From NCBI RefSeq assembly GCF_003057965.1, contig NZ_CP020921.1:1724916-1774794 (forward strand): DNA of 49,879 nucleotides. The letters run 5' to 3'. The notes under the pieces are model-generated. The model was not told the origin of the DNA. It ran no database searches and saw nothing but the letters and a program-made list of their open reading frames with translations. This document shows positions 10,164 through 19,508 of this stretch, in pieces; position 1 is the stretch's first letter, and each line of letters opens with the position of its first letter. A program made the position numbers and the translations under genes. The stretch is from Thermodesulfobium acidiphilum. Lineage in GTDB: Bacteria; Thermodesulfobiota; Thermodesulfobiia; Thermodesulfobiales; Thermodesulfobiaceae.

Positions 10164-10985
10164 ATGGACAATTACGATTGGATTAAAAAAATATTACAGA
10201 AAATAAAAGAAAGAAAACCACTAATTCACCACATTACAAATTATGTTGCAATGAATGATAGTGCAAACGTAACGCTTGCAATTGGTGCACTTCCAATAAT
10301 GGCATTGGAAGAAGTTGAATTAGATGATATTACAAATATGGCTTCAGCAGTGTTGTTAAACATTGGAACTCTAAAGCAAGATGAAATAAATCACATGCTC
10401 CTTGCCGGGAAATATGCAAATTTTAAAAATATTCCCCTGATTCTAGATCCCGTAGGAGCTGGGGCAAGCAAGTTTAGAACAAGAACAGCAAAAAACCTCC
10501 TGAAAACTCTAAAAATAAGCATTATAAAGGGAAATTCCTTTGAGATATCAACTCTTATTGATCTGCCTGCTGAAGGTATTGGAGTAGATGCCATTTCTTC
10601 TAATAAAAATTATGCCAATATAGCTAAAGAAGCTGCAAAGAAATATAAATCCATAGTTTTGGTAACAGGAGAAAAAGACTTCGTGAGCGATGGCGAAAGG
10701 GTATTTGAAATTGAAGGCGGAAGTTTTTTGATGTCAAAAGTAACTGGTTGTGGCTGTATGTTAGGATCCATTGTTGCCTGTTTTGCGGCTATAGAAAGAG
10801 AAAATTTATTGATAGCTTCTCTTGGAGCAAGTATATTTTTCAAATCAGTTGGGAAATTAGCAGAACAAAGAAGTACATTGCCTGGTTCATTTAGAAATAG
10901 TTTAATAGATTCAGCATATCTAATTTCAAACGACGAGGAGAAATTAAACGCGATTTGGAGGGAAAAAAATGACCCTGTATGCTAA
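10164..10985 (+). CDS. thiM: Hydroxyethylthiazole kinase
   Basis: PLIHHITNYV, LNIGT, LDPVG, IKGN and VTGCGC motifs. Confidence 0.96.
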   Translation: MDNYDWIKKILQKIKERKPLIHHITNYVAMNDSANVTLAIGALPIMALEEVELDDITNMASAVLLNIGTLKQDEINHMLLAGKYANFKNIPLILDPVGAGASKFRTRTAKNLLKTLKISIIKGNSFEISTLIDLPAEGIGVDAISSNKNYANIAKEAAKKYKSIVLVTGEKDFVSDGERVFEIEGGSFLMSKVTGCGCMLGSIVACFAAIERENLLIASLGASIFFKSVGKLAEQRSTLPGSFRNSLIDSAYLISNDEEKLNAIWREKNDPVC

Positions 10986-11238
10986 AGTAATAGGAAAGGT
11001 TCAAGGAGTATATTTTAGGGCTTTCACTCAAAAGGTAGCTAGAAATTTAGGGCTCAAAGGTACGGTTAGAAATCTTAGAGATGGTTCTGTAGAGGTTATA
11101 GCAGTTGGTGAAGAAGAAAAGATAAATGAGCTACTAAAAGAATTAAAGAGAGGATCCCCCGGTTCAAAAGTAATTGACATAGAAGTGAAAAAAGACTTAA
11201 ACGATTTAGATTTTAAAGACTTTAAAATCGTTTATTAA
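10969..11238 (+). CDS. acyP: Acylphosphatase
   Basis: GKVQGVYFR and GTVRNLRDGSVE signatures. Confidence 0.96.
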   Translation: MTLYAKVIGKVQGVYFRAFTQKVARNLGLKGTVRNLRDGSVEVIAVGEEEKINELLKELKRGSPGSKVIDIEVKKDLNDLDFKDFKIVY

Positions 11239-11261
11239 ATATAATTAAAAAATAATTAAAA

Positions 11262-12416
11262 TTAAATCTTTTCCAATCTCTCTCTGGGGCTTATTATCTC
11301 AGTAATCCTTATACCGAAATTCTCATCTATAACTACCACTTCACCTCGAGCTATTAATTCATCGTTTATCATAACCTCAAGAGCCTCTCCTGCAAGTTTG
11401 TTTAACTCAATAACAGACCCAGACCTTAATTCTAATACCTCCTTTAGCGTCATTTTTGCGTTACCAAGCGAGACGCTAAGCTCAAGTGGTATATTTAAAA
11501 GATTTTCAATATTAATTGAATCACCCTGAGGCGATGGTTGAAGCTGTTGGAATTGAGCTTGAGAAGCTTGTATTTGTGGCTGCTGTTGATATGTAGGTGG
11601 CGGCGAATAACTATGTGGTGGTGGTGGATAATTGTAAGGATTTTGTTGCGGAGCTTGTGGTGGATATGAATAGGATTGTTGAACTCCTGACTGGTAAGTG
11701 GAAGAATTAATATTTGCAGAAGTAACAGCATTTAAATGTTGTGAATCATTTTGAAATGTCATAGTAGCGCTTTGACTTTCTGATGATGAAACTTTTGATG
11801 AATTATCATCTTGTGTTTCAAGCATAGCCTTAACCTTATTAACGGCCATTTGAGCCATTTTTTGTGCTACAGGTTCAGATAATATCATAACCAACTTTGT
11901 TTGGAAAACGTTTTCTCCTGTAAAATCAAATAATACCTCTACAGCTTCTTTTCCTAATGCTATCTGCTTCAAGGATTCAACAATCGGCTGTTCGTCAAAA
12001 TTAATTACACTAGGAGGCATTATATTAATCCTACCACCTAAAAGGCTAGCCAGAGCCGTTGAGGCTGCCCCCATCATTTGGTTCATAGCTTCTTGCAAAG
12101 CTGACTCGGCAAGTTCATCGAATGGAAGTTCTGGATTTCCCTCCCCACCCATCATAAGATCAGCAATAATTGAACCATCAGTTTTTTTGACAACAAGCAA
12201 CGAAGAACCCTCAATTTCGCCCTCATAGCCTATCATCACGCCAATAGAATTGTCTTCGAAATCAGCTGCTATCTGTTCAATATCGCTTATGTCTACCATC
12301 GGCGAGGTTATTGATATTTTCTTATTAACCAATTGAGAAAGAGTAGTTGCAGCGGACCCCATTGCCATATTTAATACTTCACCTATTGCATCTATTTGCT
12401 CATCAGTTAGTTTCAT
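11262..12416 (-). CDS. fliY: Flagellar motor switch phosphatase FliY (CheC-like + FliN domain)
   Basis: E-x-x-N motifs (EVLNMAMG, EAMNQMMG), P/Q-rich linker, FliN C-terminus GEVVVIDENFGIRIT. Confidence 0.93.
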   Translation of the reverse strand: MKLTDEQIDAIGEVLNMAMGSAATTLSQLVNKKISITSPMVDISDIEQIAADFEDNSIGVMIGYEGEIEGSSLLVVKKTDGSIIADLMMGGEGNPELPFDELAESALQEAMNQMMGAASTALASLLGGRINIMPPSVINFDEQPIVESLKQIALGKEAVEVLFDFTGENVFQTKLVMILSEPVAQKMAQMAVNKVKAMLETQDDNSSKVSSSESQSATMTFQNDSQHLNAVTSANINSSTYQSGVQQSYSYPPQAPQQNPYNYPPPPHSYSPPPTYQQQPQIQASQAQFQQLQPSPQGDSINIENLLNIPLELSVSLGNAKMTLKEVLELRSGSVIELNKLAGEALEVMINDELIARGEVVVIDENFGIRITEIISPRERLEKI

Positions 12417-12420
12417 AAGT

Positions 12421-13392
12421 TCATTCCCTCAGCACATCAGTAATTTTTATTGCCAAATTTTTACCAACCCTTCCAGGCACTCCTAAAAATTTCAGCTTCT
12501 TTTCTATTTTAACATCAAGCGGTTTATCAACCTTTGTATCTAACAATAGAGTGTCACCTATCCTTAAATTAATCAAGTCTCTCAAGAGAATATGCATATG
12601 ACCCAAACAGACCTGTAAGTTAACTATTACGTTCAAAACGTGCTGGTAAACGTATTCTTTTTCTATATCATTTTCTGCCTTTTTCTTTACAAAAAATCTT
12701 TGAGCAGAAAGATGATTAACTATTGGCTCTAACAAACTATATGGAATTGCTAAAGACATTATACCACTAAGGTCTCCGATACCTATATCCATAGTTATTA
12801 ACACAACCATTTCGTTTGCTGGAACAATTTGTGCGAATTCAGGGTTTGTTTCTGTTCCTACGAAGCTAAGACTTACGGGATAGACTGTTCTCCATGCCTC
12901 TTCAAGAGCTACAAGATGCCTATCAACAATCTTAGCAATCAAAGCATTTTCTATGTCAGTTGGAGCCCTTGGACTAGGTGGCGGAAGCCCAGAACCACCT
13001 AACAATCTATCCACAAGAGCTAATGTAATATTTAGATTCATTTCCAAAACCATTGAAAGTCCTGTACTTTCCCAACTAATTATTACAATCATTGCAGGAG
13101 GAATTAGCGAGTTTATAAATTCTTCATATGGGACTTGATCTATTGCAGAAAAATCTAACCTCATACTACCTCTTACCAGGCTTGAAAGAGAAGTTGCTAC
13201 CAACCTTCCATACGTTTCATGAATCAATTCAAGCGTTCTAAGATGATCCCTTGAAAATTTACTAGGTCTTTTGAAGTCATAAGTCTTTACAGTCTTTTCT
13301 GGTTCTTTTTCAAGTAAATCAGCACTAACTTGACCTGTATTAAAGGCATTCAGGATTGCATCTATTTCATCTTGACTTAAAACATCAGCCAT
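12421..13392 (-). CDS. fliM: Flagellar motor switch protein FliM
   Basis: CheY-binding N-terminus LSQDEIDAIL; YDFKRP; ETNPEF. Confidence 0.96.
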   Translation of the reverse strand: MADVLSQDEIDAILNAFNTGQVSADLLEKEPEKTVKTYDFKRPSKFSRDHLRTLELIHETYGRLVATSLSSLVRGSMRLDFSAIDQVPYEEFINSLIPPAMIVIISWESTGLSMVLEMNLNITLALVDRLLGGSGLPPPSPRAPTDIENALIAKIVDRHLVALEEAWRTVYPVSLSFVGTETNPEFAQIVPANEMVVLITMDIGIGDLSGIMSLAIPYSLLEPIVNHLSAQRFFVKKKAENDIEKEYVYQHVLNVIVNLQVCLGHMHILLRDLINLRIGDTLLLDTKVDKPLDVKIEKKLKFLGVPGRVGKNLAIKITDVLRE

Positions 13393-14186
13393 TATGCACT
13401 AACTCTTTCCTTTTCTTTTTGTGTTTCATATGCTAGCCTTAGCGTTGGAGGCAAAAATACCTTCAATTTTTCCTCTATTATCCTTGGGTTATCTCCTGCC
13501 TGTATTGAGAGTATACCTTCCATTATCATTGTCTTAATTTGCGCTTCCTCCTTACTCCTTACGCCCAATTTCCCAGCAATGGGCAAAAACACAAGATTGG
13601 CCACACCCACGCCATATAAAGTAGCTATGAAGGCACCAGCAATCGCCTGGCTGACGCCGCTTGGGTCTTCCAGATTTGCTAGCATGTGAACAAGACCCAT
13701 AACAGTACCAAGAATACCTAAAGTAGGTGCAAATCCCCCTAATCCTATAAAGAAATTTTCACCCAACTTGTGTCTTGCTTCCATTATTTCTAAATCATTT
13801 TCTAAAATTGCCCTAACCAGTTCTGGATCAACAGCATCTACTACCAGTTGAACCCCCCTCTTCATAAACAGATCATCAACACCCTCAAGCTCAGCCTCAA
13901 GGGATAATAGGCCTTCTCTCCTGGCCTTTTCTGCAAGTCTAACAATTTGATCTATAACTTTCACCGGGTTATCCTTTGGCGCAAAAAATGCCTTTCTAAC
14001 TATTTTTGGGACCATTTTTAATTGATCTACAGTTGTGTTTATGACTACAGCACCAGTAGTACCACCAAGTACTAGCACAAATGCAGGCAAGCTCAGATAA
14101 TGGGAAAACGAGCCACCCTCAATAATAACAGATAAAGTTATAGATCCAAAAGCAATGATAAAACCTGCAATTGTTGCTATGTCCAT
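13392..14186 (-). CDS. motA: Flagellar stator protein MotA
   Basis: ARREGLLSLE, APTLGILGTVMGL, ATLYG and GDNPR motifs. Confidence 0.95.
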   Translation of the reverse strand: MDIATIAGFIIAFGSITLSVIIEGGSFSHYLSLPAFVLVLGGTTGAVVINTTVDQLKMVPKIVRKAFFAPKDNPVKVIDQIVRLAEKARREGLLSLEAELEGVDDLFMKRGVQLVVDAVDPELVRAILENDLEIMEARHKLGENFFIGLGGFAPTLGILGTVMGLVHMLANLEDPSGVSQAIAGAFIATLYGVGVANLVFLPIAGKLGVRSKEEAQIKTMIMEGILSIQAGDNPRIIEEKLKVFLPPTLRLAYETQKEKERVSA

Positions 14187-14189
14187 ATA

Positions 14190-14417
14190 TTAATCCTTGT
14201 TTTCAGATGTATTTTGCATCCTAGCTTTAACAAACCTTAAACCTATCTTTTTATTATAATCGATTATCTTTTCTACTATTTCTTCGGGAGACTCCTTCAC
14301 CATAAATTTTTTACCTGTAAAGAGAGTTATAGTTGTATCAGGCGAACTCTCTATAGATTCTATCAGATCAGAATTCAAAATAAATTCTGCATCGTTTAGT
14401 TTTGTTAATTTTATCAT
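14190..14417 (-). CDS. flbD: Flagellar FlbD family protein
   Basis: MIKLTKLN..LNSDLIE..PDTTITL pattern; usual position between hook gene and motA. Confidence 0.92.
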   Translation of the reverse strand: MIKLTKLNDAEFILNSDLIESIESSPDTTITLFTGKKFMVKESPEEIVEKIIDYNKKIGLRFVKARMQNTSENKD

Positions 14418-15181
14418 ACTATAAGTCCTATTGCAGTCTTAAGCATATTATCACTCGTAGTAATGGCTTGAGCATTTACCTGATAAGTTCTCTCGTAATC
14501 TATTAAATTGGTCATTTGGGTTGCAAGATCAGTATTTGAACCTTCTAACGCATTTTGGATTATTGAATAATTGCTACTAAGTGTTACCGGACTGCCTGAA
14601 TTTATAGAAGCACTAAAATTATTTCCTCCGACGTTTATAAGAGCATTTTTATTTATAAAATCAACCACCATAATTTTTCCATCTAAAACGGATTGACCAT
14701 TTGTGAAATTCGAATAAACAGAACCGTCCGGATTGACTGTAAAATTTACAAAATTTTTAGCAGTAGTATTTATATTTATGTTGCCATTTGTGCCCTGTAC
14801 ATACAAACCATCGACAGTCACAAGGTTACCATTGCTATCCAGGCTAAAGGATCCATCCCTCGTGTAATAGGTTTTTGTACCGTCAGAAACAACAAAGAAA
14901 CCGCTTCCGTTGATTGCAAGATCCGTAGGGTTATTAGTTGTTAGAACTGGTCCTTGAGTAAACGAGAACGATGTAGAATTAAGCTTAGAACCTATTCCGA
15001 TTTGAAGAGGATTTGTCCTTGAGGTTGCAAATGAAAGTTCCTGTGATAAGATATCAGCAAAAGTAGGATTGCTTTCTTTGAATCCGGTCGTATTAACGTT
15101 TGAAATATTGTTTGCTACCACATCTAGGGCGCTTTGGCTGGACAAAGCGCCGCTTGTAGCGGTAAAAATAGAATTATCCAT
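14414..15181 (-). CDS. Short flagellar hook/basal-body rod family protein (FlgE/FlgF/FlgG superfamily)
   Basis: ANNISNVNTTGFK, DLAINGSGFF, YTRDGSF and LEGSNTDL motifs; 255 aa. Confidence 0.85.
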   Translation of the reverse strand: MDNSIFTATSGALSSQSALDVVANNISNVNTTGFKESNPTFADILSQELSFATSRTNPLQIGIGSKLNSTSFSFTQGPVLTTNNPTDLAINGSGFFVVSDGTKTYYTRDGSFSLDSNGNLVTVDGLYVQGTNGNININTTAKNFVNFTVNPDGSVYSNFTNGQSVLDGKIMVVDFINKNALINVGGNNFSASINSGSPVTLSSNYSIIQNALEGSNTDLATQMTNLIDYERTYQVNAQAITTSDNMLKTAIGLIV

Positions 15182-15211
15182 AACTTTAACCTCCTAAAAA
15201 TTCGCAAACTC

Positions 15212-16900
15212 CTACGGGGCAGCTTTTAACGATAATAGTTCCTGAAGCATTTGATCTGATGTAGTTATAACTCTTGCGTTTGCCTCATAACCTCTTTCGG
15301 TAGTAATCAAATTCGTAAACTGCTGAGAAAGGTCTACATTGGACATCTCAAGGGCGCTTGGAATAATTGTTCCAATACCACCAGAACCAGCAGCACCAAT
15401 TTGTGCAGTTCCAGAATTCGAAGAAGTGCTATATATGTTTGATCCGTTACTGGTTAAGCCTGATGGATTTGGGAAATTGGCAAGTGCAATCTGACCTATA
15501 GCATTTGTAAGGCCATTAGAATAAGTACCGGTAATAACACCTGACTGATCTATTGAATAGCTCTGTAAAGAACCAGAAGAATAACCATCTTGACTGGCAA
15601 AGTTCAGACTGGAAGAGCCTCCATATTGTGTCATGCCAAAAAAGTTAATTGTGGGAGTCCATGGAGTAGATGCACCAGTAGATGGATTTATTAAAAGTGT
15701 TGCTGTAGAGCTAGAAGGAGTTGGATAAGTAGTCGTAACATTTGAAAGCGAACCATTAGAGTTAAAAGTTAAGGTTCCATAACCAGAAGTAGCATAAACA
15801 TTTGACACAGGAGTAGTACCTACATCAGTAGGTACATAAGAAAAACCATTAAGCCCTGTAGCAGCACCTGTAGAACCATCATTTTCAGTAATTTGGAGCC
15901 AGTTAGTGCCATAAGTTCCTGTTGGATCCACCAGTTTTGACTGCAGGTTAACACTTCCAGGTGTTGTAGTGCTATTGCTTGCTACAAAATAGTTCTTTAG
16001 TATTTGATCGTTATTTATAGCGTTTATAACCTTTTGTTCTATAGTGGAAGGGCTATCACCATTTTGAACCGTAATAGTTAAGTTGTATGGTACATTGTCG
16101 CCAACAATACTCTGAATTGCATAACCATTAAAAGAAAGAGTTATGTTGCCAGTTTGAGTAGCCCCTATGGGAGCAGAAGAAGCAGTCTTACTGGGAACAT
16201 TAGCCGATGGAAGTGTCGTTAGAGTTCTCCACTTCCACGTGTTTTGAGCTCCAGTTGGAGTTATAACTGTAGTAACAGAGTGAGATACACCAAGAGAATC
16301 ATATATTGCTCCAGATGAAGTAACGGCATATGGCGTACTGGAAGTTGAAGTGTTCGCATATTGGGATGCGTCAAGATTTCCCGTCATGGTAATGTTGTTT
16401 GACTGTTTTGCTGGCATGGATTGTCCTATAGGAATTTTTAGATCAGATACAGGACCTGAAGGATTCACTACTCCACTAGAGTCAGCTTGCCAGCCTTGAA
16501 CTTTGAGACCTGCGCTGTTTACGAGATTTCCGTTTGCATCTACATTAAATGAGCCGTCTCTAGTATAGAAATTTTGAGAGCCGTTATTCACAATAAAAAA
16601 GCCGTTACCCTGTATAGCAAGATCAGTATTTACTCCAGTATTTTCAGTAGAGGAGCTGGTAAAAGGGGTAGAAATAGCAGCAATTTGAGTGCCCAAACCA
16701 ATTTGCATTGGGTTAATCCCCCCCAAACCGTTTTGAGGAGCTGAAGCCCCGCTCAAAGTTTGAGAAAGCATCTGAGAAAAAGTAACTGTACTTGCCTTAA
16801 AACCAATCGTATTAACGTTTGCAATGTTGTTGCCTATAACGTCCATAGCCGTCTGGTTATTTTGTAAACCACTAACAGCAGAAGACATAGCTCTTAACAT
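15212..16900 (-). CDS. flgE: Flagellar hook protein FlgE
   Basis: GNNIANVNTIGFK, YTRDGSF, IYDSLG (FlaE/D2 region) and LEMSNVDLSQQF; 562 aa. Confidence 0.93.
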   Translation of the reverse strand: MLRAMSSAVSGLQNNQTAMDVIGNNIANVNTIGFKASTVTFSQMLSQTLSGASAPQNGLGGINPMQIGLGTQIAAISTPFTSSSTENTGVNTDLAIQGNGFFIVNNGSQNFYTRDGSFNVDANGNLVNSAGLKVQGWQADSSGVVNPSGPVSDLKIPIGQSMPAKQSNNITMTGNLDASQYANTSTSSTPYAVTSSGAIYDSLGVSHSVTTVITPTGAQNTWKWRTLTTLPSANVPSKTASSAPIGATQTGNITLSFNGYAIQSIVGDNVPYNLTITVQNGDSPSTIEQKVINAINNDQILKNYFVASNSTTTPGSVNLQSKLVDPTGTYGTNWLQITENDGSTGAATGLNGFSYVPTDVGTTPVSNVYATSGYGTLTFNSNGSLSNVTTTYPTPSSSTATLLINPSTGASTPWTPTINFFGMTQYGGSSSLNFASQDGYSSGSLQSYSIDQSGVITGTYSNGLTNAIGQIALANFPNPSGLTSNGSNIYSTSSNSGTAQIGAAGSGGIGTIIPSALEMSNVDLSQQFTNLITTERGYEANARVITTSDQMLQELLSLKAAP

Positions 16901-16953
16901 ATTTTACCCTCCTTAAATTTTTCGAGGGCCTCCGACATGCGGTCCAGCCCATT
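16901..16953 (-). promoter_or_regulatory. Structured GC-rich flgE leader (hairpin overlapping an anti-SD)
   Basis: Minus strand reads GGGCTGGACCGCATGTCGGAGGCCCTCGAAAAATTTAAGGAGGGTAAAAT-ATG. GGGC/GCCC plus CCG/CGG stem competes with GCCCTC/GAGGGT pairing over the SD. Confidence 0.5.
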
Positions 16954-17307
16954 TTATAATATTATTGCACTATCAATATTTGTAAAAACATTATCCTTTA
17001 AGTTCTCTTGACTTACAGCAGTTATAATCGTTTTGCTTTTTGGATTGACTACAAAAGCCTTGTTGTCCATAAGCACAAGAGATTCTTTTGAACCCTTTTT
17101 TGCAAGCCTTTCCATAGCATAGTTCATTCTTGAAATATCTTGAGAGCTAAGGCTTATACCCCTTGATTCAAGGCGCTTTGAGGCATGATTGGTAAAGTTT
17201 ATACTGCTAATTTCGTTATTTAATATCTCAGCAAAACTTGAATCTGACTGAAGTTTTGTAAAACTCTTATTTGAAATGCCTTGTCCTTGAATTTTGTCTA
17301 TCTTCAT
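16954..17307 (-). CDS. Flagellar operon protein (TIGR02530-type)
   Basis: FTNHASKRL..KGSKESLVL..TIITA..NVFTNIDSA; located between flgD and flgE. Confidence 0.88.
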   Translation of the reverse strand: MKIDKIQGQGISNKSFTKLQSDSSFAEILNNEISSINFTNHASKRLESRGISLSSQDISRMNYAMERLAKKGSKESLVLMDNKAFVVNPKSKTIITAVSQENLKDNVFTNIDSAIIL

Positions 17308-17723
17308 AAAACGCTTACTATGTTAGAAAGATTTATAGTAGAACCGTTATCTAAAACTAAAGATGGATTGTTATTACTTATAGTTACCTGAGTAACTGTA
17401 GCGCTTTGTGTGCTGTTGTCAGCAGCTGTATATTGAATTTTTTTACCTATTAAGCTAGTAGCATATAGGTTATTTATGTTTACCACAGATTCTTGAACAG
17501 CATTACTCATGTTTGTCATCTGTTGTGTGGTAGTAAGAGCTGATAACTCATTCATAAATTCACTTGTACTCATAGCATTAAGTGGATCTTGATTTTTTAG
17601 TTGAGCAATCAAAAGAGTCAAAAAAGCATTGGTGTTTGCCAGGCTATTAGCGCTTGAACTTGAACTAGAATTAGAACTTGTACTGACATTATTACTCGTC
17701 GAACCAACGCTTGAAACTGACAT
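17304..17723 (-). CDS. flgD: Flagellar hook capping protein FlgD
   Basis: FLTLLIAQLKNQDPLN signature. Confidence 0.93.
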   Translation of the reverse strand: MSVSSVGSTSNNVSTSSNSSSSSSANSLANTNAFLTLLIAQLKNQDPLNAMSTSEFMNELSALTTTQQMTNMSNAVQESVVNINNLYATSLIGKKIQYTAADNSTQSATVTQVTISNNNPSLVLDNGSTINLSNIVSVL

Positions 17724-17741
17724 TTCAATACCTCCTTTTTC

Positions 17742-19391
17742 TTATACTCTTATATCAACACCGTCTTTAAGACTTTGAATACCCGTTATAAGTGCAGTAT
17801 CTAAAGAAACGTTATTATTATTATTTAAAGGATAAATTACATGACTGAAATTCTGGTTAAACCCCTGGTCCTTCTGGTCGGAATTTATATAGACATTTAC
17901 ATTATTTGGCGCAAAGCCATTTGATTGTAAAATCTGTCTAAAATCTTGCATATTCGATAAAATAGCGTGTTTTGCAAGATCGTCTACAACAAAAAAGGTC
18001 ATGTTTACGGAATTTGTAGCCCTATCAAGTGATACGTTTAGCTTTACTTTACCCAGATCTGGTGGTTCTAGTAAAAATTCTATGTCTTTTGGAGAATTAA
18101 ATCTCAAATCCTGCATCATGTTCTGGATCTTTTGATATGCGTCCAGTGAAATGGAATGATACGACATGCTCTGGTTTGGCGTTACAATATTATTGATTAT
18201 TGACAATTGGGGACCTAGCAAATTTGAAGAGATAGCTTCATTGGCATCTGTTAATTTGTTTTCAGATGAGTTAGACAAAGAATTTGCCTGATTAAAACCA
18301 GAGGCTATTTGCCCAGAGAGAAGGTTAGCAACCGTAATTTGAGAGTTCACAGAAGAAGGGATACTTAGGTTACTGAGTATCTGAGAAGTTATAGTGTTTG
18401 AGATATTTTGTGCTACAGACTGATTCTGATAATTAAAAGCTTGTTGATTTAAGTTCTGAGAAGATGTTAGAGTTCCTGTAATAGAGCTTGATAAATTTGG
18501 TTGATTTATAAAGACTTGAGAATTTAATGCTAACTGTGAAGTACTAAATGATTTGTCAGAAATAGTCTGCAAATTTTGTGAAAGATTTGACAAAGTATTT
18601 AAAGAACTAGAGTTTATTAAAGTAGTATCATTTTCTCCAGAATTATCCTGAGAAATATTTGTAGAGCTTTGCAAAGCCTGAATAGAGTTTAAATTAAAAG
18701 GAGTGCTATTCTGAGCTAACTGACTAGAAGGGGTTAAATTAGCAGTTTGAATAAGTGTGCTTTGAGACGTTGATTGTGCTTGAGGAACAGTTAATTGAGA
18801 TTCTAATAAGAAGGGGCTTTGAGTATTTGTTTGTATAGTACTTAATACATTAGAGTTATTCTGAATATTGATTGCACCGTTACTTGCTTGAGAACTTAAG
18901 ACAGGAGAAGAATTTAAAATATCAGCTAACTGTAGAGGAATTATTTGAGCATCTTGCAATGGCCCCAAGATTTGGATATCTGGTTGAGTTAGAGTAGGGT
19001 TGCTTTTGTTAGTTTGATCTTTTAAAGCACTTTGAGCGCTATTTTGATCCTGAGACAAATTTAAACCCAAAACAACAGGGATTTGACCTGACAAATTTAT
19101 AACAGGCATCTGATTTGGCATCTGAATAAGTACCAAAGAAGATTGTATTTGGCCAGAAACGCTTTGATCGCTACTTTCACTTCCTGGTTGTAATTGAGAT
19201 TTTGGATTAGTAGTTTGGATATTAATTTGTGAGCTTTGGGCTGTATTGACTTCGTTTTGGGCAAATTCGCTAACAAGTTGTTCTAAAATTGAAGAAAAAA
19301 CCTCATCTTGCGAGATAGATGATTGATTCGGATTCGGCACAGAATTGCCCGACTGCAATATAGGTAGATTTGCCAAAGGCGAAGAGTTCAA
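17742..19391 (-). CDS. fliK: Flagellar hook-length control protein FliK
   Basis: Long S/Q/N low-complexity N-region and C-terminal LEPPDLGKV; directly upstream of flgD; TTG start with AGGAGGTG RBS. Confidence 0.88.
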   Translation of the reverse strand: MNSSPLANLPILQSGNSVPNPNQSSISQDEVFSSILEQLVSEFAQNEVNTAQSSQINIQTTNPKSQLQPGSESSDQSVSGQIQSSLVLIQMPNQMPVINLSGQIPVVLGLNLSQDQNSAQSALKDQTNKSNPTLTQPDIQILGPLQDAQIIPLQLADILNSSPVLSSQASNGAINIQNNSNVLSTIQTNTQSPFLLESQLTVPQAQSTSQSTLIQTANLTPSSQLAQNSTPFNLNSIQALQSSTNISQDNSGENDTTLINSSSLNTLSNLSQNLQTISDKSFSTSQLALNSQVFINQPNLSSSITGTLTSSQNLNQQAFNYQNQSVAQNISNTITSQILSNLSIPSSVNSQITVANLLSGQIASGFNQANSLSNSSENKLTDANEAISSNLLGPQLSIINNIVTPNQSMSYHSISLDAYQKIQNMMQDLRFNSPKDIEFLLEPPDLGKVKLNVSLDRATNSVNMTFFVVDDLAKHAILSNMQDFRQILQSNGFAPNNVNVYINSDQKDQGFNQNFSHVIYPLNNNNNVSLDTALITGIQSLKDGVDIRV

Positions 19392-19457
19392 ACTTTCACC
19401 TCCTTTCTATCTTCAAAATTATATATTTCCTTATTAGAAAATATCTTCTCTTATGAT

Positions 19458-19485
19458 TTATCGACAAAAATACTAATTTTATTTA
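19458..19485 (-). promoter_or_regulatory. Sigma-28 (FliA/SigD)-type promoter upstream of fliK
   Basis: Minus strand TAAA-N16-GTCGATAA versus consensus TAAA-N15/16-GCCGATA(A/T). Confidence 0.6.
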
Positions 19486-19508
19486 AAAAGGGGTAGAAAT
19501 CTAAAAGG

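Noticed and set aside
17742-19391. Low-complexity S/Q/N sequence as a repeat element or adhesin
   Set aside because: Expected for the FliK ruler region.
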